This document shows positions 38,481-49,589 of a DNA stretch of 64,000 bases, piece after piece. This DNA comes from Lama guanicoe (Eukaryota). The notes below the pieces were generated by a model that had not been told where the DNA came from, ran no database searches, and saw only the letters and a program-made list of their open reading frames with translations. The stretch covers positions 15,752,029 to 15,816,028 of the forward strand of contig MU054323.1 in assembly GCA_013239625.1 (NCBI GenBank), in the 5' to 3' direction. Every line of letters starts with the position of its first letter. The stretch's first letter is position 1. The position numbers were made by a program, and so were the translations under genes.

Positions 38481-41410
38481 TTTAGACATTTTCAAATAAA
38501 TCTTCATCATTATCTCAAAAAGAAATCTATAGCAATACTGAAGGAATGAAAGTCAGATAAACGAAAAATTTCTCACAAAGTTCATTATCGGTGATGCAGC
38601 TCAATTTCCCCCCTTTTAGTCATAACTAAAATGATTATAAAAGCTAAATACTTTGCATAACTAATTATCTGTTTAATGGCAAAAATTGCTAAACTTGTTC
38701 AATAGAAAAATACTGAAGGTCATTATATCACTTATGTTAAATATCTGCTATGGTTTGTGTAGCAAATGAGCTCCATGTGATAGCTGAGTTTCCAGAGGGT
38801 GCTGCAAGCTCCCAGAGATGTATCCACAGCATATGAAAATAAGGCAGGGACCCACACCTCCTGCTGATTTTCATACTATTCCAACACATTTCATCCAAAA
38901 TTATTTACAAATCAAGCACTATGAAAGCATTTCAGTGACGGTTTGCAACTGGAATTTGTTCATTTTGTCAATTTGCACTGAATTTTTGATAGGCTGAGGG
39001 AAAAACCAGACATGTGTATATGGTTCTATCTGGCTGGAAGACAGCTTTGGCTCGTGTCTAGGCTGAGATCATACAGTGCCAGCAGAGAAGAATCTGTTTC
39101 TGGGTACAATCTCCAAGAGCACAGCTCTGGTTTTCTAAGGAACTTTCAACAGTTCCATCATTTGTACTACAGTCTACATATCTCATGGTTATTTTCCATT
39201 CGCTAACAGAAAAATTTCAACCATGAGACATAAAATGCAGGTGAAGAAAGTGTCTTGGTTTTAAGAATTCCAGTGACGTAAGTAAAGCAGGCACTGAAGA
39301 CCTTGGAAGGTAATTAAAGCAGTAACTGGTAGCACAATACCTTGTAGTCATCCATCATAAGTATGCCAATTAAGGGCTCACGACTGGAATTTTCCAGTAT
39401 CCTTCTACAAATATTAGGTCAGCAACATCGTTTATTTACTCTGCGAAGAACTCAAAGAGGAATCCACCAAAAACAATGTGGAATTCTATATCTACTTGGG
39501 AATATAAATATTTGCCTGGTAGCTCACACCCAAGTCAATTCATTTGAATATACAAAGGAGTCCCTTGAGCCCCCTGTTAACCAAAGCACAGAACAGATGA
39601 AGTGACAAGGTAGTTGTGTTAAAATATTAAAGCATATCTGTATATCAATCAGGCAAGTTTAACACTGGTCTTTAAAGAAAATCTCCCTGTATATTGCAGA
39701 ATTCTAGAGGCAGATAAGCAGAAATGTTAAAGAAAAATTGTCAATTAATATCTACACCATCACCAGAATATTCTTCTTCTGATGATGGAATATGTAGGCA
39801 TAGGAATGTAGGAATTGTATTAAAAAGTTAAAATATTTATGGATATGGATTTTTTTTTAAAGTCTGAGAGCCTATTAAAATATATCTTGCTGAAAATTTA
39901 GGCATTAGTAACTTATTTCTAATTTCTATATTGGTCTCTGACATTTGGGGCAAACAAGAAAGAGAGTGTGAGGAGTGGCTAGACTGCTGTGGGGATGAAG
40001 TCTATATACCAGGTCCAGAGAGTGGGTCATGGGAATCTCAAGAGCTGACCATACGTGGGTCACAGGGAACTCTGGTCCTTTAAGACATGGTTTTTCCTAG
40101 AAACAATATGGATTTTCTGCCTGTTAAAACATGCTGTGTTTTCCAGTTAAACAATGGAGGTCGGGTAGGGAGAGGGAAACAAAAAGAGAACTCCTTAGCC
40201 AATATTAGGCACCAAACTATTCCACCCAGATTTCCAATAGGTTCTTCTTGGAGATAGTAATAGGGAAACTTCTGGGGTACAAAATAGTTGCTTTATTTAG
40301 TACTTCTGCCGAAGAAGCTGCCTGAGGTTAACCATACCCTTTGGACTGTTAAAACATAACAATTATGAACTATTTTTGGTAGGTGTCAGGTGATTTGAAT
40401 CTGAGACATGAAGAAAAAGGAGAGATCATCTGAAGCATGGTTTTGTACGTTTTGATAAACGAGTACTTGTAAATAACCTCCATCTTTTCAACCACCAAAA
40501 GGTAAGATTTCATCGATATGAAATAATCTCTGTGGTACTATAAATATCACATGAATAAAGTGAATTTTAAAATTAATAGAAATTATTATAAAGATGTGCC
40601 CTGCTTGCCCTTAAAAATAAACAGAATCTTAACCCTGAATAAGTTAAATCCTTTAGTAAAAGCAGACTCTATCAACTACTCTTCATAATGGTGTTTTTGA
40701 CAGCTAAACTTTAGATGGTACCAAATCTATTTTCAAAAATGTAATATAGAAATCTGCTTACAAACTAAATTATTTGTTTAGCATTTCTGAATAATAATAT
40801 ATTTAACATATTATTGCATTTTTCCCCTTAATAGGTAAAATGTTTTGCCAGGTGCTTTATGTGAACAGTTGAGAGGAGGATGAAACTAAAAACTCATTTT
40901 AACACTGCCTGGTCATTGTGAACATAGGGGTTCGTACAGCAGACACGGTAAAGATTACTGTTGTGATTACCTACTGTGTTTAACAAGATTTCTCAGGGAA
41001 GAACTAGGTCTAAATTTCTGTTCTCCCTTTACCCACTCCCTGCCATCAAGCTTTTTGTTCGTCCCTTATAGTGTGCCCTATTTACTCAATTTAAGGACAA
41101 GCTAAACCCATGTTCTTCGCTCAGGCCTGCCTAGCGAATTAGAACAACTTCAGAAATAAAAGCTCCTATTTTGGGAAGAATTTTAAAGTTTTTCAGGCTC
41201 ACAGATTCAGCTGAGCTTGCAGCAACCTGAACAAACCTTAGTTTTAGAAAACAGTATATGAATTGCAAAACTATACTTTAACAAATGTTCTCTGTGCTCC
41301 TTCAGCAGAACAAAAGGGCTGGATGGGTTGATTCTTGCCCTGGTCTTCTGTATTTCTTTTGTGCAGTTGATTATTTATAAAGAGCTAGAAGGTGAAGATG
41401 ATGCATTGTG

Positions 41411-41580
41411 TCATACAAAGACTTTAGCCAGTGCATCAGCCCCAGCACTGGCTATATAGCATTTGGATGGGTGGAAAGCTACATCATGAATTGATTCTTC
41501 AAACTTTTTCCGATGAGCTGTGAACTCTTGGATACAGGTCTTACTTTCTAGGTTCCATAAACGTATTGAACAGTCATGAC
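41411..41580 (-). CDS. STRN: Striatin, last coding exon to TGA stop
   Basis: Acceptor ttgatatag|GT; encodes (S)HDCSIRLWNLESKTCIQEFTAHRKKFEESIHDVAFHPSKCYIASAGADALAKVFV*; 170 nt. Confidence 0.97.
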
Positions 41581-41666
41581 CTATATCAAAAGAAAAGAAA
41601 TTAAAAGAAAAATTACATTAATATGAAAATGATAAGTATAAATAAATAATCCATAGTTGTACTTAC

Positions 41667-41753
41667 TGCCAGACATCAAGTACAGGCCATTAGGGTCAAC
41701 TGCTAAACTTGTAACGGCTTCTAGGTGGGCTACCATCGAGTGGATCAGCTTGC
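41667..41753 (-). CDS. STRN: Striatin WD40 exon (penultimate)
   Basis: ttcaaag|GC ... GGCA|gtaagt; encodes (G)KLIHSMVAHLEAVTSLAVDPNGLYLMSG; 87 nt; followed by an 86-nt intron. Confidence 0.96.
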
Positions 41754-42859
41754 CTTTGAAAAAAGAGATTATTACTCTTTGTTAACAGCTTTCCTCACCC
41801 TGAATATAAGCCAGCTACCACTGGTTTCTCGAGCTACCCTCTTCTTTGTGTCGTCTCTGCATCAACTGCTTTTCCAACTGCTGATAACACGTGTCTCCTT
41901 CCCCGCTCTAGCCTCGGCAATGATGGGAAACAAAAGCTCAAATTTCAGATTATATTTTTGTCTTTCAAATCATAATATGGTACTTAGTCATTTGTACACA
42001 AGTATTCCTTTAAGCCATGTTCATTAATTAGCTCAGACATTATTAATCACCTATTCTGCATCTTTGACTACAGGCAAATCACATGGGTTGTGGGAACAGA
42101 AGAAGAGTCAAAGGAACAGAGAGAAAACCTGGCCACAATTTTGGTTGAAACAGTATATAGAAAGAGATTAAAAATATTAAATTAGTCATCACTCACAGCT
42201 AAGCAAAGTCAGCAAAAGTCAACATATTTACAAAGTCAATAGCAGATATTTAGGTAAATGTAGCTGCAAATACAGAGAGTTTTTCTCCCAACTAGCTCTT
42301 CGTGTATTTCCTTAGACTAATAGTAAAATATAATCTAATAAAAATCGGTAAAGTTTCCATACTGCAATTCAAATCAATTAGGATCAAATAATATAAAAAT
42401 GCAGAAAAAGTTAGTCTATGGAAAATGAATAAAATAAACCAAGTGACTCAGGGGTTTTCCATCTGCAATACTAAGGCTCCTCAACAATTGAACAATTTTA
42501 ACAAAATATAATGATCATATATGCCTCGACTTCCTACATATTTCTACTTTTTTGCAATATATTCATGGTAGGAGATGATTTTGTTGGTATTTGAATTAAT
42601 TTTTCATTGTGTTCCTAGTGATGATCTTCGTTCTAGAGCCAGAATATAGTACCTACTTATTATTAAATAAATCAGGATGATTCTGTGTGCTATCGTGAAG
42701 ACTAGTTCTTACTAGAATTATATGGAGTAAAAAGAAGCTGATCTGGGAGAGCATCTATGTTTCCATGCCTATTCTCCGACTAAAAAAGGCACTGACAGAC
42801 ACCAAACTATAGTGGGTTATTTTTTGCTTTAATATTAATCAATTTTAATAAATTCTTAC

Positions 42860-42967
42860 CTGTATTGTTATCATAGAATTTGATGTGCCTGTCTTCATGA
42901 GCAGTGATGCTGATAGGAAGAGTGGGATGACTGATGACTCTATTTATTTGGCAGGAAGAGTTAGCTG
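42860..42967 (-). CDS. STRN: Striatin WD40 exon
   Basis: ttcttcttag|CAGCT ... ACAG|gtaaga; encodes (A)ANSSCQINRVISHPTLPISITAHEDRHIKFYDNNT; 108 nt (105 nt if the second AG is used). Confidence 0.95.
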
Positions 42968-43559
42968 CTAAGAAGAAAAAATTAAAGAGCACCACAACTT
43001 TGTCAAAGCTACTATTTCTTCACACAAAAGAGAACTGAATATTCACCTAAGAGACTAAAAAAGTAAATGATGTGACTTTAATTTGTCTTTAGTTCGTTTA
43101 TTCTCCAATTGTGTTCATAATGCAATGTTAGGAAATGAGAATTGCCTGAGTAATACTCTACTGACAAATCTAGAAGACCTAAGAATTAGAACTTCCTTTT
43201 CTACCTGCTGCTATCTATGGATGCTACCTAGGGCTTAGCCTAGAACTGACATTTCTCATTCTACAATGTTCTGTGATATTTCTTGTTACTTTAATATAGA
43301 ATTCTATCATTACTTACATGCAGATAATTCCCAAATTTAAATTTCAGCTCTTTCTAGACATAGAGCTCTCTATTGATAAACATGGTTATCATCTAAAGAT
43401 AAACATGACAATGAGAGCTTCTTAACTCTTTAATCTTCTCTTTCTCATCATAATAGAAATGGTCATCATTTGACAGTCCACTATGGTACTTAAAATATCA
43501 CAAGTTCCTCCTGAAAGACTTTTATCAAACAGAAATCAATTACTAAGAAGTTTAATTAG

Positions 43560-44160
43560 TGATTTTAAAGATACTTTAATAAGAAAAAAAATCTACATAA
43601 AGATAACACTAATTTAAGATATGTCAAAGGTAAAAAAAATAATCATTATACCATGGTCTAGGAAGAAAACGTCCTTATAAAATACATTATTGGAACAACT
43701 GGCAAATTTGAGTGTAAATAACAACAAACAGAATCATTGTGTCAATGTTAGATTCCCTGATTTTGAGAATGCAATGTACTGTTAAGAGTATGTTCTCATT
43801 CTCAGGAATTTCATGCTAAAGGATCTGGGGGCACAGGGATATAATGTCTCTTAAGTGGTTCAGAATTTTAAATTAATACACATATACAGGGGGAGGGTGT
43901 AGCTCAGTGGTAGAGCGCATGCTTAGCATACACAAGGTCCTGGGTTCAATCCCCAGTACCCCCTTCAAAAAAACAAAAACAAAACAAAACAAAAATACAC
44001 ATATACAGAGAATGATAAAGTAAATGTGACAAATGTGGCAAAAATATGTTAAAAATTGGTGAATCTGGGTGAAGGGTAACCAGGAGTTCTTGAACTATTT
44101 TTGAAACTTTTCTTTAAATTTGAAAATATTTTAAAAATAGAGTTTAAAATTTTTTAATCT
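43560..44160 (+). mobile_element. Old L1M 3' UTR fragment hosting a SINE
   Basis: ttggaacaactggcaaatttgagt...gtcaatgttagattccctgattttga...aaaattggtgaatctgggtgaagggta...aacttttctttaaatttgaaa. Confidence 0.6.
43890..43993 (+). mobile_element. tRNA-Ala-derived SINE (Vic-1-like), short form
   Basis: ggggagggtgtagctcagtggtagagcgcatgcttagcatacacaaggtcctgggttcaatccccagtacc with A-box and B-box, A-rich (aaaac)n tail, perfect 15-bp TSD aatacacatatacag (43875-43889 / 43994-44008). Confidence 0.9.
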
Positions 44161-46108
44161 TAGAATAAGTATTATGAATTTATATTCACATAAAAGAAAA
44201 TATACCTATGTACAGTCAGAAATCATGTGATGCCTAGAAATACAACATCTTAAAAACTGAAGATGGTCTTTTCCCAATGTTAATGGCATGTAGCCACCCA
44301 GTCTGTTATCTCAGTGCACAACAAAAAGTCACTTGACAATGTGGGGTAAGCTCTGGGTCATTCTACTCAATTTAAAAGGTCCTAAACAAATAGTTAATAT
44401 TCAAAATTCAGCCTATGTATTGTTTTCCTCTGAAGATAACACACCATTGAACAATATCCTCTCCAAGGTCCAGAAGGAAAGTAACAACCAAAAAGAAATA
44501 CTTTAAGTATAATATCTCATACATTTTGAGAGAGAAGTTTCTGAGAATGGCTTTAATTATTCTGAGATCTAAAAAATAAGTATGATAGAAATCAAATGAT
44601 GGAAGCAGGCAAAAGAAAGTTATTTAGCAATTTTTTTTCGAGGAAATTTCTCTACTTGATGGTAAGTCAGACAAGCAAGCAAAATGCAAAGAACACTAGA
44701 AATAAATTGAAGGCCTCCCAGCCATCATTCTAACAATGAATCTACAACAATTCTCCAAATATTTATATTCAGCTTGCAACCTAGAAATGGTTTATCTTTT
44801 CACTGAGTTCACAAGTACCCAATTACCTGCTCCAACTACATTTGACTTACTCACAGTCAAATCACCACTGACATCAATGAGAAGGTAATTTATTCTGATT
44901 CCTACAACAAGTATCTTTCATCCTCTTAAATGCTATATGAAATTCACTTTTACCTTAAAATGTGTTTAGTCTGAACTTAAATTTTTTTTTAAATCTGCTA
45001 AATTCCAGAACACTACAATATAGTCAAATATAAACAGCTAAGGGGTAGTCATAGTAGAAAGGAATAAAAGACTAATTTAAGTTTGCTTTATGTAAATCAT
45101 CTGATAATTTAGGAAATGTCAGGACATATTATTAACTCAAAATAATTATTGCTTATTCCAATAATGTTGCCTTTGTTCAAAACATTCTTGGCAGTCTTCT
45201 TCAGAAAATGCTTCTAGTATTGGACAAAAAGTCATATGACTTTACAGTCATACATCTGGGGGAAAAATGGAATTGCCTAGTCCAGTCTATCCATCTCATC
45301 CACCAGACTTGAGATCCTAAATTTGTAGCAGTCATTAAAAATCGACATTTACACTGAGGACATTAAAAGGATTTCAAAAATGTTCACATCCTTCTTAATT
45401 TCATACAGTTTTTCAACTTTACTACTGTAGGTTTAGGTCACATATTTAAGTATGATTCTAAATTTACTAAGATCTAAAAAACATGAATTTCTTGGCAAAA
45501 AAAATTCTTTTTTCCTATTCCATAATCTCAATTTTAATTTTTTTTTGTTTCTGTCTTTTAACATCCAAATAGTTCAAAGCTCCATTCAAACCTACCTCCC
45601 CAAATAATTCTCACAGGACACCAGAAGAAAATAAAAGACAACAGATTGGGAAGGAAAAATGATGAAAGTCAAAAAGGAATGAAGGAATCTTTTGAGAGAA
45701 AAAGAAAAGGGAGAGAAGGAGAGAGAGCCACACATATTCACACACATGCACATGCACACACACACTGTGGTAATTATTTTTAAAGCTAGTTCTCAAATTA
45801 AAACAACAGTGTATGTGTATATAGTTTTCTTTACCAACTTCAGCCTAAACTGTGATTGTTTTAAGCCTAAAGATAGAAAGTAATGGTTATGAAAGCTAGA
45901 AACCAAAAAGATTCTGTAGTATCTTCTTTACAGTCTTAGAAATTATTTCTTTCCCAACTTCCTGTACCCAATAAGGAGCTTCAGATTTGGGATTCTGAAT
46001 GGCACAACTTGATCTATTTTTTAATCAATACTGAGCTGTGTCAAATTGTATTAATATAAGATTGATTTCAAAAATAAAATTATGAGAAATAAAAACATTT
46101 ATTTTATA

Positions 46109-48473
46109 CAGGCATATCTTGCTTTATTGCAGTTCACAGTTATTGTATTTTTTACAAATTAAAAGATTATAGCAACCTTGCATTGAGGACGTCTATTGGT
46201 GCCATGTTTTCAATAGCATTCATTTACTTCATGTCTATATCACATTTTAATTAATTCTCACAATGTTTCAAATTTTTTCATTATTACTGTATTTGTTATG
46301 ATGATCTGTGATCACTGATCTTTGATGTTACTAATGTAATTATTTTGGGGCACTTGAACTGCACCCATATAAGATGGTGGCCTTGATGAGTGTTGTGTGT
46401 GTGCTCTGACTGCTCCACTGATTGGCTGTTTCCCTGCCTTTCTCTCTCCTTGGGCCTCCCTGAGGCATAACAATATTGAAATTAAGCCAATCAATAACCC
46501 TACAATGGCCTCTACCTGTTCAAATGAAAGGAAGAGTCACATGTCTCTCACTTTAAATCAAAAGCCAGAAACAGTTAAGTTTAGTAAGGAAGGCATATCA
46601 AAAGGATAGGCTGAAAGTTAGGCCTCTTGCTCTGAATGAACAGTTAGCTAAGTTGTGAATGCAAAGGAAAAGTTCTTGAAGGAAACTGAAAGTGCTACTC
46701 CAGTGAACACATGAATGATAAGAAAGTAAAGCAGTATGGAGAAAGTTTTAATGGTCTGGATAGAAGATAGAACCAGCCACAACATTCCCTTATGTCAAAA
46801 TCTAGTCCAGCGGAGGGCCCTAACTCTTTAACTCTATTAAGGCTAAGAGAGGTGAGGAAGCTGCAGAAGAAAAGTGGGAAGCTAGCAGAGATTGTTTCAT
46901 GAGATTTAAGGAAAGAAGTCAACTCCATAACATCAAAGTGCAAGGTGAAGCAGCAAGTACAGATGTAGTAAGTTGCAGGAGGTAATCCAGACGATCTAGC
47001 TAAGACAATAAATAAAGGTGGTTACATTAAACAACAGATTTTCAGTGTAGATGAAATAGCCTTATATTGGAAGAAGATGCCATTCAGGACCTTCATAGCT
47101 AACAAGAAGTCAATGCCTGGCTTCAAAGTTTCAAGGGAAAGGCTGATTCTCTTGTTAGTGGCTAACAGAGCTGGTGACTCTAAGTTAAAGCCAATGCTCA
47201 TCTACCATTCTGAAAATCCTAGGACCCGTAAGAATTATGCTAAATCTACCCTGCCTGTGCTCTAGAAATGGAACAACAAAGCCTGGATGACAACACATCT
47301 GAATATAACATAGTTTACTGAGTATTTTAACCCCATTATTGAGACCTACTGCTCAGAAAAAAAGATTCCTTTTAAAGTATTACTGCTCATTGACAATGCA
47401 CCTGGTCACCCAAGAGCTCTGATGAAGATGTACGAGATTCATCTTGTTTTCATGCCTGCTAACACAATCTCCATTCTGTAGCCTGTGGACCAAAGAGTAA
47501 TTTTGACTTTCGAGTCTTATTATTGAAGAAATACATTAGGTAAGGCTATAGCTGCCATATATAGTGATTTCTTTCATGGATAGGGACAAAGTAAGTTGAA
47601 AACCCTTTTGGAAAGGATTTACCATTTTAGATGCCGATCATTAAGGCCATCAGTGATTCACGGGAAGAGGTCAAAATGTCAACACGAACAGGAGTTTGGA
47701 ACAGGTTGATTCCAACCCTCATGGATGACTTTCAGGAGTTCAAGACTTTAGTGGAAGGAAGTAACTACAGATGTGGTGGAAACAGCAAGAGAACTGGAAC
47801 TAGAAGTGGAGCCTGAAGATGTGACTGTGACTGAGTTGCTGTAGTCTCATGACAAAACTTAAACGGATGAGGAACTGCTTCTTATGGATGAGCAAAGTAA
47901 GCGCTTTTTGAGATGAAGTCTGTTTCTGGTGAGGATGCTGTGAAGACTGTTGAAATCACAACAAAGGACTACATAATTATATAAAACTTGTTAATCAAGC
48001 AGCAGCAGGGTTTTAGAGGATTGACTCACATTCTGAAAGCTATTCTACAGTGGGTAAAATGTTATCAAACAGCACTGCATGCTACAGAGAAGTCATTTGA
48101 GAAAGGAAAAGTCAATTGATTCATTGCTGTCTTATTTTAAGAAACTGTCACAGGCATCCCAAACTTCAGCAACCACCACCCTGAGCAGTCAGCAGCCACC
48201 AACATCAAGACAAGACCCTCTGCCAGTAAAAAAGATTACAACTCACTGAAGGCTCAGATGACAGTCAGCATTTTTTAGTAATAAAGTACTTTTACATTAA
48301 AATTAAAACATTTTTAGACATAATGCTGTTGCACACTTAATATAATAGTCTACCGCATAGTGTAAACATAACTTTTATATGCACTGGGAAACCAAAGTGA
48401 TTGTCTCTACTGCAATACTCGTTTTATTGCAGTGGTCTGAAACCAAACCTGCAATAATTCCAAGACAGGCCTG
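46109..48473 (+). mobile_element. Tigger1 DNA transposon, near full length, transposase pseudogenised
   Basis: TA|caggcata ... caggcctg|TA termini with TA TSD; broken translation MASTCSNERKSHMSLTLNQK..., [48 protein letters not shown]; about 2.37 kb. Confidence 0.93.
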
Positions 48474-48784
48474 TATTTAGAATAAACATTATTTTCTTCA
48501 AATAGAATTAAAAACTAAACATTTGGTATATAATTAAACTTAACCTCTTTTTAGAATAGCTCAAATGTTACTTCAAACAGTATAGTTTAAATGTGAATAA
48601 ACTTAACCTAAAGTCTGAAAATCAACAGTAAATCATTATATCCTTCTAAGTAATTGTTATATGATTTTGAGGCAGAACATTTTATAATGACAAGTATTTT
48701 TCACAGTTGACTCTAGTAGTTATAATTTTGATAAAACTTAAAAAACTGATCCAAACAAAGACTATTTAAAATTGGTATACATAC

Positions 48785-48925
48785 CTGAATCTAGGTTGGA
48801 TTCTAAAGTGAGAATGCGTTGTTGTGTCTCCATGTTAAAGATGCTTGTGTATCCTTTGCTGAATGATGCTACCATATGGCTTGGGTCACTGCTTACTAGA
48901 TCCACAGAGGCAGGGATTCCCAATT
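48785..48925 (-). CDS. STRN: Striatin WD40-region exon
   Basis: ttttag|AA ... TCAG|gtatgt; encodes (E)LGIPASVDLVSSDPSHMVASFSKGYTSIFNMETQQRILTLESNLDS; 141 nt. Confidence 0.96.
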
Positions 48926-49589
48926 CTAAAAGTCAGAACATATTCAAAGAGAATGGTAGTTAGAAGGTCTACTTGACAATGTGCTTAAAATATAGCAAAA
49001 CAAATAGTGGTATGATTTCCTTAAGAAGTAAATAAGGCTCAACATTAGAAGAATTACCTCACAGCCACTCAGTGGAGATTGTTTCTTTTGTTGCTTTTAG
49101 TCCTAGCCTATTTTATTACCCTTACCTGTTTATCACATCTTCTGTCACCCAGCTACTACTGTATTCATTGAACCCAAGCCTTCATTTAGAAATAAACAAA
49201 AAACATGTACAGACTACAAATTTTTCTGCTCCCACCTCAATCAACCTGGGGTTTAGGAAGTCTTCATTTTAAAGGTCCATCTCTTACTAGGAATTCTAAC
49301 TATTAAAAATACGGAATTGAGGGAGTAAAATTTCAAACTGTTATATATTGGTAGTCATGCAAATATCAAATGCAGGCAACTCATCAAAACCTAGACACGA
49401 GTTATGACAGCTCAAGAAAAATAAGGTATTTTTATTTATCATCTAGAACAGAGTAAAACGTGATTAAAATTTGGAACTTATTTATAAATGTAAAAAAATA
49501 AAGTTATATGTATATATGAATATAATCTGATTTTTTTCATTTGGTTCAAAATCTAACTAAAGCAAGCTAACAGTTCAAAAAATGTGTAT

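Larger units (their letters stand above)
33100..41410 (-). other. STRN: Putative long 3' UTR of STRN
   Basis: Follows the stop codon; about 8.3 kb with no interspersed repeat that I can recognise; ends near a minus-strand AATAAA (33117-33122) with a U/GU-rich downstream region. Distal boundary is inferred. Confidence 0.6.

Noticed and set aside
40840..40925. A mir-200-like precursor hairpin on the + strand
   Set aside because: Only short pairing (ccagg/cctgg) with the upstream sequence and no convincing 5p arm by eye; a target site on the STRN strand is the simpler reading, and RNAfold would settle it
43890..43963. Functional tRNA-Ala(AGC) gene
   Set aside because: The A-rich tail, the perfect TSD, substitutions in the stems and the lack of a T-run terminator mark it as a retroposed copy; the same applies to the copies at 11965 and 49931
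46505..48300. Domesticated Tigger transposase gene (TIGD1-like)
   Set aside because: The reading frame is broken into short pieces by multiple stops and frameshifts
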